Source of the DNA: a virus
Virus record (IMG/VR): IMGVR_UViG_3300025525_000001
Direction: 5' to 3' (one strand)
DNA: 46,349 bases
Shown: one piece after another, positions 22,233 to 30,732 of the stretch
Numbering within the stretch: position 1 is the stretch's first letter
How the letters are laid out: each line of letters starts with the position of its first letter
Program-made: the position numbers and the translations under genes
The notes under the pieces: generated by a model
What the model was told of the DNA's origin: nothing
What the model saw: the letters and a program-made list of their open reading frames with translations, nothing else
The model's database searches: none

Positions 22233-22490
22233 GGCAACAGTTAAGTGTTGCCCGGGAAACCCAAGCCACAAGCGGGTTTGAAGGGCAGCAACACTAGCAA
22301 CACTTACTTCTCAACTATAAGAGATAATATATAGGGCCCCCCGTAGAGCCCCCAGAGGAAAGGTAGGAGCAAACTTACTGTTGCACCCCCAAAATGGGTC
22401 GAAAACTTAACGAAAACCAAGGGCTTAACCTGCAACACACGTAAGTGTTGCGTCCCGTTGCACCCCCCTTTCTTGCAGGATTTTGCAGAT
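22232..22490. promoter_or_regulatory. Iteron/palindrome-rich AT island (candidate origin, late promoter and/or pac region)
   Basis: Palindromes GGGCAACAgttaagTGTTGCCC (22232-22253) and GCAACACacgtaaGTGTTGC (22432-22451); tandem GCAACAC at 22288 and 22297; GTTGCACCCCC at 22380 and 22457; an AT-rich stretch at 22304-22334. This is the largest non-coding gap in the genome. Confidence 0.65.
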
Positions 22491-22694
22491 ATGACGCGCA
22501 GAGCAGGACACCGCTATGGCGAGAGGCACCACCGGGCCAAGATCACCGACGCCGAGGTCGAGCTGATCCGCAGCCTGTACGAGGAGGGCGGGTGGACCTA
22601 TCGGTCGCTCGCCGAGAAGATGGACATCAACTTCAGCACGGTGCGCGACATCGTGAAGTTCCGACGCCGTGTCGGGCCAGCGGTGCGGACGTGA
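22491..22694 (+). CDS. Small HTH DNA-binding protein
   Basis: GERHHRAKITDAEVELIRSLYEEGGWTYRSLAEKMDINFSTVRDIVKFR is an HTH pattern. No obvious SD precedes the ATG at 22491. The track ORF starts at a TTG at 22458. Confidence 0.6.
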   Translation: MTRRAGHRYGERHHRAKITDAEVELIRSLYEEGGWTYRSLAEKMDINFSTVRDIVKFRRRVGPAVRT

Positions 22695-22873
22695 TGGGCC
22701 TCTGCCAACACGGCGTGGTTCGCGAGGAGTGCGCTGTCTGCAATCCGCCTTCTGCTGCGGAACAGCGGTGGTTGGATCGCCGATACGGTAAGAGGGGCGA
22801 GGTTAGCAGTCGCCTGAAAGAGGCTAGAGCCGCCCGTAAGGCTGTGTGCAACCCCACCCCGGATCGCGCGTAG
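22694..22873 (+). CDS. Hypothetical Cys-rich 59-aa protein
   Basis: ATG at 22694 (TGATG junction; GTG at 22691 is also possible). It contains CQHG...CAVC. Confidence 0.45.
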   Translation: MGLCQHGVVREECAVCNPPSAAEQRWLDRRYGKRGEVSSRLKEARAARKAVCNPTPDRA

Positions 22874-22886
22874 TCTCACCTGAACC

Positions 22887-23438
22887 ATGACCCGACCTCT
22901 GCTCAACATCCCGGTCGACCCCTTCGACCCCAAAGCGGCCGAGCATATCTGCAAGGAGCTGTCGCAGGGCATCGTGCTGGCCCAGACGCTGCGCGATTGG
23001 CCCGAAGAGCTGGGCGTGGCCCCGAGCCGCTGGACGGTCTACGACTGGCGCAAGAAGAGCCCCGAGTTCGACGAGGCGTACCTGGAGGCCCGCGAGATGG
23101 GCTGCGACGCGCTCGCCGAGGACATCCCGTCGATCATCGAAGACGGGTCCAAGGACTGGATCACGCGCAAGGACCGCAACGGCAACGAGTACGAGGTCGT
23201 CGACCAGGAAGCCCTCGGCCGCTCGAAGCTGCGCGTCTACGGGCGCGAGAAGGTGCTGGCCATGTGGAGCCACCGCTACCGTCCGCAGCAGGGCATCCAG
23301 CTGTCCAATCCCGAGGGCGGCCCGGTCGAGTTCACCGACGCCGCGGCCTCGGCCAAGATCGCATCTCTGCTGTCGCTGGCCGCGGCCCGCAAAGCGGGGA
23401 CGGACGAAGAACCTGACGACGGGAGCGACCTGGCATGA
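22887..23438 (+). CDS. terS: Terminase small subunit
   Basis: ICKELSQGIVLAQTLRDW...PSRWTVYDWRKKSPEFDEAYLEAREMGCDALAEDI...SKLRVYGREKVLAMWSHRYRP follows the common TerS pattern. It sits upstream of terL. Confidence 0.7.
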   Translation: MTRPLLNIPVDPFDPKAAEHICKELSQGIVLAQTLRDWPEELGVAPSRWTVYDWRKKSPEFDEAYLEAREMGCDALAEDIPSIIEDGSKDWITRKDRNGNEYEVVDQEALGRSKLRVYGREKVLAMWSHRYRPQQGIQLSNPEGGPVEFTDAAASAKIASLLSLAAARKAGTDEEPDDGSDLA

Positions 23439-23599
23439 ACAAGAACCGCAAACCTGCTAATCCGAGGCAGACGGCCATCGAGGAGCGTATCCGCGAGGGC
23501 GCGAAACCGCGACCGCTTCTGGAGCGGGACGCCCTGCTGGCGCGCAAACCTCGCCCGGCCGGAACCAAGGGCGGGAAGAACAAGCGAGCCCCCGTCTGA
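23435..23599 (+). CDS. Micro-ORF: 54-aa highly basic protein
   Basis: Read by hand as MNKNRKPANPRQTAIEERIREGAKPRPLLERDALLARKPRPAGTKGGKNKRAPV*. It is ATGA-coupled and below the track cut-off. Confidence 0.45.
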   Translation: MNKNRKPANPRQTAIEERIREGAKPRPLLERDALLARKPRPAGTKGGKNKRAPV

Positions 23600-23688
23600 T
23601 GGTTAGCGTGGCTGGCTTCATCCTGCTTGTGCTCGGCTTCGTGCTGGTCGGCCTGGGGCTGGCCCAGAGGCGTTGGAGCAAGCGATGA
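23599..23688 (+). CDS. Micro-ORF: 29-aa hydrophobic peptide
   Basis: Read by hand as MVSVAGFILLVLGFVLVGLGLAQRRWSKR*. It has a TGATG junction upstream and an ATGA junction downstream. Confidence 0.4.
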   Translation: MVSVAGFILLVLGFVLVGLGLAQRRWSKR

Positions 23689-23882
23689 ACTGCGCGATCC
23701 AGGTCGGCCAACGCACGGTCACGCTCGAAGACGGCACGGTGCTGCCTGTCGTGGGCGCGTTCAACCGCGAGGCCGAGATGGTCACCGCCGATCACCCCGA
23801 CTGCGTGATGGTGCTCGCTGGCCCTACTGCTGCAGGCCAATGGTTCAGGGTGCTGGTCGACCCGCCGATCACGTTCCACTGA
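23685..23882 (+). CDS. Hypothetical protein
   Basis: ATG at 23685 (ATGA junction); 65 aa. Confidence 0.5.
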   Translation: MNCAIQVGQRTVTLEDGTVLPVVGAFNREAEMVTADHPDCVMVLAGPTAAGQWFRVLVDPPITFH

Positions 23883-25468
23883 TGCTCGCCCCCTCCGTCG
23901 CCGAGGTTCAACGGCTGCTCCCCTATCTTAAGCCCAAGGAGCGCGAGGAGCTGTTCGCCCTGCTGGCCCGCGACACGCGCCGCTGGCGACCGCTGCCGGG
24001 CCCCCAGACCCAGGCCTACACCTCGGACGCCGACATCATCGGTTACGGCGGGGCGGCAGGCGGCGGCAAGACCGACCTGGCCTGCGGCAAGGCGCTGGAG
24101 GACCACCGCAAGGTGATGATCCTCCGGCGTGTCGGCTCCGAACTGACCGCCATCATGGACCGCCTCGAAGAGCTGGTCGGGTCCAAGGACGGCTACAACG
24201 GCAAGGACAACATCTGGAAGATCGCCCGTTCCGATGGCAAGCGCGTCCAGATCGAGCTGGGCTCGGTCCCCAACGCGGGCGACGAGCGCAAGTACCAGGG
24301 CCGCCCTCACGACTTGATCGTGTTCGACGAGGCGGCCAACTTCCTTGAACTGCAGGTCCGCTTCCTGCTCGGCTGGCTGCGCACCACGATCCCGGGCCAA
24401 CGCTGCCAGGCCCTGCTGGCCTTCAACCCGCCGACGAGCGCCGAGGGCCGGTGGATCGTGACCTTCTTCGGGCCGTGGCTCGACAAGAAGCACCCCAACC
24501 CCGCCAAGCCCGGCGAGCTGCGCTGGTTCGCCACCGTGGCGGGCGAAGACCTGGAAGTTGTCGACGACCAGCCGTTCGTGATCGTGGACGGCCAGCCCGA
24601 GTACGACTTCGACGAGGACGACTACCTGGACCAGCCCGACAAGGTCATCCGGCCGATGTCGCGGACCTTCATCCCGTCGCGCATCAGCGACAACCCATTC
24701 CTGACAGGGACCGGCTACATGAACACGCTGCAGGCCCTCCCCGAACCGCTCCGCTCGCAAATGCTGAACGGCGACTTCGCTGCCGGCATGGAGGACGACA
24801 TCTGGCAGGTCATCCCGACCCGCTGGGTGGAGATCGCTCAGGACCGCTGGCAGGACTTGAGCCCCAAGCCCGAGATGCTGTCGCTGGGCGTGGACGTGGC
24901 GCGAGGCGGCAAGGACAAGACGGTAATCTACCGCCGGCACGCCGGGATGTGGTTCGACGAGCCCTTGGTGTACCCCGGCACCGAGACGCCCAACGGCCCG
25001 ATGGTCGCGGGCCTGGTGATCGCGGCCAACCGCCAGCACGCGCCGATCCACATCGACGTCATCGGCGTCGGGTCGAGCCCGTACGACTTCCTCAACGAAG
25101 CCCGCCAGCAGGTCTACGGCGTGAACGTCGCCGAGCCGAGCGGAGCGCGCGACAAGTCGGGGCGGCTGGGCTTCTTCAACCTGCGCTCCGAGCAAATCTG
25201 GAAGTTGCGCGAGGCCCTCGATCCCGAGGCCAACAACGGCATCGCCCTGCCGCCGAACAAGATGCTGCTCGCCGACATATGCGCGCCGAAGTGGACGTTG
25301 CGGAACGGGAAGATTTACGTCGAGAGCCGCGAGGACATCGTCGCCAGGATCAAGCGCAGCCCCGACCACCTGTCCGCGATTGCGCTCGCGCTGATCGACA
25401 CGCCCAAGCGCAGCTCGCTCGTTGGTGTGCATAGCCGGAAGGCTCGCGACTACGATCCGCTGGCCTGA
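23882..25468 (+). CDS. terL: Terminase large subunit
   Basis: ATG at 23882 (TGATG junction). Walker A GYGGAAGGGKTD, Walker B-like LIVFDEAANF and a C-terminal nuclease half. The protein is 528 aa. Confidence 0.85.
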   Translation: MLAPSVAEVQRLLPYLKPKEREELFALLARDTRRWRPLPGPQTQAYTSDADIIGYGGAAGGGKTDLACGKALEDHRKVMILRRVGSELTAIMDRLEELVGSKDGYNGKDNIWKIARSDGKRVQIELGSVPNAGDERKYQGRPHDLIVFDEAANFLELQVRFLLGWLRTTIPGQRCQALLAFNPPTSAEGRWIVTFFGPWLDKKHPNPAKPGELRWFATVAGEDLEVVDDQPFVIVDGQPEYDFDEDDYLDQPDKVIRPMSRTFIPSRISDNPFLTGTGYMNTLQALPEPLRSQMLNGDFAAGMEDDIWQVIPTRWVEIAQDRWQDLSPKPEMLSLGVDVARGGKDKTVIYRRHAGMWFDEPLVYPGTETPNGPMVAGLVIAANRQHAPIHIDVIGVGSSPYDFLNEARQQVYGVNVAEPSGARDKSGRLGFFNLRSEQIWKLREALDPEANNGIALPPNKMLLADICAPKWTLRNGKIYVESREDIVARIKRSPDHLSAIALALIDTPKRSSLVGVHSRKARDYDPLA

Positions 25469-25489
25469 TAGCCACCGAGGACCACCCCC

Positions 25490-25786
25490 ATGTGCGGTAA
25501 CCCGCTCCGTCTCCTGTCGCCGGTAGCGGCCATTTTCGGCGCGGGCAGCGACCAGAAGAAGGCCCTCCGCGCGCAGAACGCTGCGCAACAGGAGGCCGCC
25601 GCCCTCGCCGCCAAGACGCAGCGCGACGCGCAGCAGGCCGAGGCCAAGGCGAGCCGCTCGGCCCCGAACCTGGCCGCGCTGATGGCGGGCAACAAGGCGG
25701 GCTCGGCCGCCGCCACCCTGCTGACCGGCCAGAAGGGCGCTGCTCTTCAGGGGCTGCTCGGCAAGAACTCGGTGCTCGGCGGATGA
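25490..25786 (+). CDS. Hypothetical Ala/Gln-rich protein starting MCGNP
   Basis: 98-aa ORF between terL and the portal gene. The N-terminus resembles that of 34026..34538. Confidence 0.55.
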   Translation: MCGNPLRLLSPVAAIFGAGSDQKKALRAQNAAQQEAAALAAKTQRDAQQAEAKASRSAPNLAALMAGNKAGSAAATLLTGQKGAALQGLLGKNSVLGG

Positions 25787-25905
25787 CGACCTCCCAGATC
25801 GACCAGCTCGCCGAGGCCCTCGGCATCCGTCGCCTGCAGATGGACGACGACCAGCTTTTCGCCGCCTGCCTGCGCGCGATCCGCGCCAACATGGGTATGC
25901 TCTAG
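25783..25905 (+). CDS. Micro-ORF: 40-aa protein
   Basis: Read by hand as MTTSQIDQLAEALGIRRLQMDDDQLFAACLRAIRANMGML*. It is ATGA-coupled upstream and its stop abuts the portal GTG start. Confidence 0.4.
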   Translation: MTTSQIDQLAEALGIRRLQMDDDQLFAACLRAIRANMGML

Positions 25906-27594
25906 GTGATCCGCGAAACAACCCGCCAGTCGAAGCTCAAGCGGTGGAAGCAGTTGGAGACGGAGCGGTCGAGCTGGAACTCGCATTGGGTCGAGTTAAG
26001 TACCACGCTGTTTCCTCGCGCCGGCCGCTTCACCGTGACCGACCGGAACGATGGCAAGAAGCGCCACAACAACATCTACGACCGCACCGGCACGGGCGCG
26101 CTGCGCATCCTGGCTGCGGGCATGATGTCCGGCGTCACCAGTCCGGCTCGCCCGTGGTTCCGCCTGCGCATCGAAGACGATGACCTGAACGACTACCAGC
26201 CCGTCAAAATCTGGCTGTCCGAGGTGACCCGCAAGATGCAGGGCGTGTTCGCCAAGTCGAACACCTATCGGGCGCTGCACCAGATGTACGAGGAGTTGGG
26301 AGCCTTCGGCACCGCGAACTCGATGATCCTCGACGACTTCGAGAAGGGCATCCACCTCTACCCCAACACCATCGGCCGTTACGCGTTGGCGACCGACTAC
26401 AAAGGCGTGGTCGACACCAGCTATCGCGAGTTCCAGAAGACCGCCCGCCAGCTGGTGCAGGAGTTCGGCAAGGACAACGTCTCGCGCGCCGTCCAGAACA
26501 TGGTCGACAACGGCAACGGCGACAGCTGGGTCACGATCATCCACGCCATCGAGCCGCGCAACGACCGTGACGCCCGGCTGCGCGACAGCCGGAATATGCC
26601 GTTCTCGTCCTGCTACTTCGAGGCCGGCGGCGACAGTGACCGGATGCTGCGCGAGGGTGGCTTCGAGCGGTTCCGCGTGCTGGCTCCGCGCTGGTACACC
26701 TCGTCCGAAGACGTCTACGGCCAGTCGCCCGGCATGGAGGTGCTCGGGGACATCAAGCAGCTGCAGCACGAGCAGCTGCGCAAGTCGCAGGGCATCGACT
26801 ACCAGACCCGCCCGCCGCTGCAGGGCCCGTCGAGCCTCAAGGGCGAAGAGGTCGACATCCTGCCCGGCGGCTACACGACCACCGACACCAACGGCCCGTC
26901 GGGCGGCGTGCGTCCGCTGTTCGAGGCCGGCATCGACCTGTCCTACCTGCTCGCCGATATTCAGGACGTCCGTCAGCGCATCCGCGAGGGGATGTACTCG
27001 GACCTGTTCCTGATGATCTCGCAGGCCACCTCGACCAACATGACCGCGACCGAAGTGGCCGAACGCCACGAGGAGAAGCTGCTCATGCTCGGCCCGGTGC
27101 TGGAGCGCCTGCACAACGAGCTGCTCGACCCGCTGATCGAGATCACCTTCGAGCGGCTGCTCAAGGCGGGCGAGCTGCCCCTGCCGCCCGATGAGCTGAA
27201 CGGCGTGGCGCTGGATGTCGAGTTCGTCTCGATCCTGGCCCAGGCCCAGCGCGCCATCGGCGCGAACTCGACCGACCGCTTCATCGGCAACTTGGGGGCG
27301 GTCGCGCAGATCAAGCCCGAGGTGCTCGACAAGTTCGATGCCGACAAGTGGGCCGACATGTACTCCGACCAGCTGGGCGTCGACCCGGAACTTATCGTCG
27401 GCTCTGAGCAGGTCGCTCTGATCCGGCAAGCGCGAGCCGAACAGCAGGCCCAACAGCAGCAGATGCAGCAGGCCGCGCAAGCCGCGGACACCGCCCAGAA
27501 GCTGGGGACCGTCGACACGAGCGGCAAGAACGCGGCGACCGACATCATGAACCAGCTGACCGGCTACGGCTCGCCGGCCCCGTACAGCTACTGA
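25906..27594 (+). CDS. Portal (head-to-tail connector, T7 gp8 type)
   Basis: WNSHWVELSTTLFPRAG...IYDRTGTGALRILAAGMMSGVTSPARPWFRL is the conserved N-terminal signature of this portal family. The protein is 562 aa and starts at GTG. Confidence 0.85.
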   Translation: MIRETTRQSKLKRWKQLETERSSWNSHWVELSTTLFPRAGRFTVTDRNDGKKRHNNIYDRTGTGALRILAAGMMSGVTSPARPWFRLRIEDDDLNDYQPVKIWLSEVTRKMQGVFAKSNTYRALHQMYEELGAFGTANSMILDDFEKGIHLYPNTIGRYALATDYKGVVDTSYREFQKTARQLVQEFGKDNVSRAVQNMVDNGNGDSWVTIIHAIEPRNDRDARLRDSRNMPFSSCYFEAGGDSDRMLREGGFERFRVLAPRWYTSSEDVYGQSPGMEVLGDIKQLQHEQLRKSQGIDYQTRPPLQGPSSLKGEEVDILPGGYTTTDTNGPSGGVRPLFEAGIDLSYLLADIQDVRQRIREGMYSDLFLMISQATSTNMTATEVAERHEEKLLMLGPVLERLHNELLDPLIEITFERLLKAGELPLPPDELNGVALDVEFVSILAQAQRAIGANSTDRFIGNLGAVAQIKPEVLDKFDADKWADMYSDQLGVDPELIVGSEQVALIRQARAEQQAQQQQMQQAAQAADTAQKLGTVDTSGKNAATDIMNQLTGYGSPAPYSY

Positions 27595-27800
27595 TGCGCG
27601 GCCAGGTGCACGACAAGCGCCGCGGCGAACAGGTGGAACAAGCCGAGCTGCCGCCGATCCTCGAACCGCTGCAGCCTCCCGAGCCTTTCGCGATCACCGG
27701 CCCGCTGTCCGAGGTGACGTGCGAGGCGGCTAAGGCCGTGCTTACCTGCATCATCGCGAGCCTGGTCGACACCGGCCGGGCCACCGATGAGACGACCTAG
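27594..27800 (+). CDS. Hypothetical protein
   Basis: 68-aa ORF with a TGATG junction to the portal gene and high third-position GC. It ends at the TAG embedded in the CTAGGTGTGCTTAA motif. Confidence 0.5.
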   Translation: MRGQVHDKRRGEQVEQAELPPILEPLQPPEPFAITGPLSEVTCEAAKAVLTCIIASLVDTGRATDETT

Positions 27801-27810
27801 GTGTGCTTAA
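27797..27810 (+). promoter_or_regulatory. CTAGGTGTGCTTAA motif, copy 1
   Basis: This 14-mer is identical to 44281-44294. In both copies the TAG is the stop codon of the upstream gene, and a new gene module starts 28-49 nt downstream. Confidence 0.5.
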
Positions 27811-27838
27811 TCTTGCGCGCTGGCCGTAGCTTCGCGGG

Positions 27839-28150
27839 ATGAGCCAAGAAGACCCGACCGATTTGGTGGCCCAGGAAGCGGCGAGGGAGGCGAAAGCCAC
27901 CGACGCCCGCAACCAACGGAACACCGAAGACGACGATCTGAAGTGGCTCATGTCGTCGCCCAGAGGCCGCCGCATCGCGTGGCGGTTGCTCACGGCGACG
28001 GGTCTCTTCGTTACGAGTTTCACTGGCAACAGCGAGACTTTCTTCAGGGAAGGCAAACGCGCCGTCGGGCTGGACTTCCAAGGCAAGGTCGCCAAGGCCG
28101 CGCCGCAGGACTTCCAGCAGATGATGCAGGAGCATTTCGGACATGACTGA
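27839..28150 (+). CDS. Bbp19-like protein
   Basis: WLMSSPRGRRIAWRLLTATGLFVTSFTGNSETFFREGKRAVGLDF matches my recollection of the Bbp19 family, which sits between portal and scaffold in BPP-1-like podoviruses. Confidence 0.6.
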   Translation: MSQEDPTDLVAQEAAREAKATDARNQRNTEDDDLKWLMSSPRGRRIAWRLLTATGLFVTSFTGNSETFFREGKRAVGLDFQGKVAKAAPQDFQQMMQEHFGHD

Positions 28151-28817
28151 CACGACGCTGATGGCGGCCGACACGACCACCGACGAAGCCGCATCGCAGA
28201 CCGCGACCGAGGAAACCGCTGCCCCGGCAGCGAAGACCGAGGAAGCACAGCACACGGCCCTCACCGCGCCCGACGCCGAGACCGACAAGGTCGAAGGCGA
28301 ACCGGCGAAGGAAGGCGAAGCCGAAGACGACAAGGCCGATGACGCGCCGAAGGGCGCACCGGAAGCCTACGAGGATTTCACCGTGCCTGAGGGTGTCGAA
28401 CTCGACCCCGAAGTCACCGCGAAGTTCAAGGACGTCGCCAAGGATTTGAACCTCCCGCAGGAGGCCGCGCAAAAGGTCACGGAACTCGGTGTGGAGCTGG
28501 CCCAGAAATGGGCCGCGCAACAGACCGAAACCACAGAGGCGATCCTCGCCGAGTGGAAAACCGCGACCGAAACCGACAAGGAGATCGGCGGCGACACGCT
28601 GCCGGCCAACCTGGCGGTTGCGAAGCAGGCTCTCGACAAGTTCGGGACGCCGGAGCTTCGTTCGATGCTGGACGAATACCGCATGGGCGATCACCCGGAA
28701 GTCATCCGGTTCATGGTCCGTGTGGGCAAGGCCATCAGCGAAGATACCTTCGTCGGAGGGGGCACCGCCACCCCGCCGAGGGACCGTGCCAAAACCCTCT
28801 TCCCCGATATGAACTAG
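28143..28817 (+). CDS. Scaffolding protein
   Basis: The protein has an acidic low-complexity N-terminus and a helical C-terminal half. It lies immediately upstream of the major capsid gene. Confidence 0.7.
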   Translation: MTDTTLMAADTTTDEAASQTATEETAAPAAKTEEAQHTALTAPDAETDKVEGEPAKEGEAEDDKADDAPKGAPEAYEDFTVPEGVELDPEVTAKFKDVAKDLNLPQEAAQKVTELGVELAQKWAAQQTETTEAILAEWKTATETDKEIGGDTLPANLAVAKQALDKFGTPELRSMLDEYRMGDHPEVIRFMVRVGKAISEDTFVGGGTATPPRDRAKTLFPDMN

Positions 28818-28829
28818 GAGACTGACCCC

Positions 28830-29834
28830 ATGTCCGTCCTCGCGGATACTCACCCGACCCTTCTGGACGTTTCCAAGCGTCTCGATCCCGGCGGCAAGAT
28901 CGACATCATCGTCGAGATGCTGCACCAGTTTAACGAAGTGCTCGACGACGCCGTGTTCCTCGAAGGCAACCTGCCGACGGGTCACCGCTCGACGATCCGC
29001 ACCGGCCTGCCCCAGCCGACCTGGCGCAAGCTGTACGGCGGCGTCCAGCCGACCAAGTCGCGCACCGCCCAGGTGACCGACACGACCGGCATGATGGAAG
29101 CCTACGCCGAGATCGACAAGGCACTGGCCGACCTGAACGGGAACACCGCCGCCTTCCGCGCCTCGGAAGACAGCGCCCACATCGAGGGCATGTCGCAAGA
29201 CCTGGCCTCCTCGATCTTCTACGCTGACGAGAGCATCACCCCCGAGAAGTTCACGGGCCTGGCCCCGCGCTTCTCGTCCCTCTCGGCCGAGAACGGCTCG
29301 AACATCAACGCCTCGGCCGCGCACGCCTCGAACGCCACCAACACCTCGATCTGGTTCGTGGGCTGGGGACCGCACTCGGTCTTCATGACCTACCCCAAGG
29401 GCTCGCAGGGCGGCATCAAGGTCGACGACAAGGGCCAGGTCACCATCGAGAGCATCGACGGTGCCGGCGGCCGGATGGAAGCCTACCGCACCCACTACCG
29501 GCAGGACGCTGGCCTGGTCCTCAAGGACTGGCGCTACGTGTTCCGCATCCAGGTGGACTTCGCCGCGCTGACCAAGAACGCCTCGGCCGGCGCTGACCTG
29601 ATCGACCTGATGACGGACGCCACGTCCTACATCCCGTCGCTCTCCAGCATCCGCGGCGTCTGGTACGCCTCCCGTCGGGTCCACTCGTTCCTGCGCCGTC
29701 AGATCACCAACAAGGTGGTCGGCTCGACGCTGACGATGGAAGACGTCGCTGGCCGCAAGGTCATGACCTTCGACGGCTTCCCGGTTCGCCGGGTCGACGC
29801 CCTTCTGCACACCGAAAGCAAGGTCGCCGCGTAA
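28830..29834 (+). CDS. Major capsid protein (HK97 fold, BPP-1/epsilon15 type)
   Basis: HPTLLDVSKRLDPGGKIDIIVEMLHQFNEVLDDAVFLEGNLPTGHRSTIRTGLPQPTWRKLYGGVQPTKS is the conserved N-terminal block of this capsid family. A strong AGGAG RBS lies upstream. Confidence 0.9.
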   Translation: MSVLADTHPTLLDVSKRLDPGGKIDIIVEMLHQFNEVLDDAVFLEGNLPTGHRSTIRTGLPQPTWRKLYGGVQPTKSRTAQVTDTTGMMEAYAEIDKALADLNGNTAAFRASEDSAHIEGMSQDLASSIFYADESITPEKFTGLAPRFSSLSAENGSNINASAAHASNATNTSIWFVGWGPHSVFMTYPKGSQGGIKVDDKGQVTIESIDGAGGRMEAYRTHYRQDAGLVLKDWRYVFRIQVDFAALTKNASAGADLIDLMTDATSYIPSLSSIRGVWYASRRVHSFLRRQITNKVVGSTLTMEDVAGRKVMTFDGFPVRRVDALLHTESKVAA

Positions 29835-29859
29835 GCGGGGCCGGGAAAGGAACAGGACC

Positions 29860-30336
29860 ATGATCCTCGACGAACGCAACGAGTTCGCGGACGCCACTTC
29901 GGTGGCGGCTGCGGCGGGCACCGCCCTCATCGGCGATGTCATCGACCTCGGCACGGGCCCCCGCGACATCGGGAACGGCGAGCCCCTCTATCTGGTCATC
30001 CAGACGGACACCGAGATCATCACGGGTGGCGTGGCTGGCACCATCAAGTTCCAGCTGGCCTCGGACGCGCAAGCGGCCATCGCCACGGACGGTTCGGCCA
30101 CCATCCACTACGACACCGGCACGCTGGTGACGGACGACGCCGAAGCCAACAGTCCGCGGTTGAACGCGGGCGGCCTCATCGCCGTTGTATCCCTGCCGCA
30201 GGGCGCGATCTACGAACGCTACCTGGGCATCCTGGCCGTTATCGCCACCACCACGGTGACCGCGGGCAAGATCAACGCCTTCCTCACCAGGGATGTTTCG
30301 GTGTACCGCTCGTACACCGACAACGTCCCGAACTAA
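29860..30336 (+). CDS. Bbp16-like capsid cement/decoration protein
   Basis: MILDERNEFADATSVAAAAGTALIGDVIDLGTGPRDIGNGEPLYLVIQ follows the Bbp16-family pattern. It lies directly after the capsid gene. Confidence 0.7.
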   Translation: MILDERNEFADATSVAAAAGTALIGDVIDLGTGPRDIGNGEPLYLVIQTDTEIITGGVAGTIKFQLASDAQAAIATDGSATIHYDTGTLVTDDAEANSPRLNAGGLIAVVSLPQGAIYERYLGILAVIATTTVTAGKINAFLTRDVSVYRSYTDNVPN

Positions 30337-30348
30337 GGAGCAGGGAAT

Positions 30349-30732
30349 ATGAAGACCAAAACCGACGACTTCGGCCGCAAGGTCGATGAGAACGGCAAGC
30401 GGGTGTACGACACGGCCGGGAAGAATACCTGGGTCGAAGCCGTCCACGCGGGCACCTATCCGGCGAACCACCTTCGCGAGCCGGGTTCACCGCCCTTCCA
30501 GCTGAAAGAAGGCGACGCCATCGTTGACTGGATGCGGGAAGTCGAAGCCGGTCAGACCGGCCTGGCCAAGGACCAGCGGATGGGGCAGAAGCCCCGCGAG
30601 AACAAGCCGCGCAACCAGCCCGACCGCCAGCACCCGAACGGCACCGAGAAGCCGGACGGCGACCCCTCGGACCCGGCGACCCTGGATAACTCCAAGGACG
30701 ACCACATGATTACCGCCGCCGACCTGGCGTAG
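30349..30732 (+). CDS. Hypothetical protein
   Basis: 127-aa ORF with an AAGGAG RBS and a basic/Pro-rich C-terminal half. Confidence 0.6.
   Translation: MKTKTDDFGRKVDENGKRVYDTAGKNTWVEAVHAGTYPANHLREPGSPPFQLKEGDAIVDWMREVEAGQTGLAKDQRMGQKPRENKPRNQPDRQHPNGTEKPDGDPSDPATLDNSKDDHMITAADLA

Noticed and set aside
20244-22271. Very long antisense ORFs opposite real genes. Examples: 20244..22271(-) 675 aa, 23792..25921(-) 709 aa, 25996..27480(-), 28044..29969(-), 31283..33805(-) 840 aa, 34514..36964(-) 816 aa, 37115..38824(-), 40184..41746(-), 42602..43837(-), and +strand 40687..42567.
   Set aside because: They lie opposite or out of frame to genes with clear family motifs (primase, terminase, portal, capsid, nozzle, M23 protein, giant protein). 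Their translations are Arg/Gly/Ala/Pro/Val-rich low-complexity sequence, typical of stop-poor shadow frames in high-GC DNA. They have no RBS or coupling context.
27798-27842. Programmed TAG read-through at the conserved TAG-GTGTGCTTAA contexts (27798 and 44282).
   Set aside because: Read-through would add only 13 aa at 27798 before a TGA. At 44282 it would enter a frame different from the tailspike (the 44285..44476 ORF), ending in an Arg-rich 63-aa tail. Neither case produces a plausible fusion.
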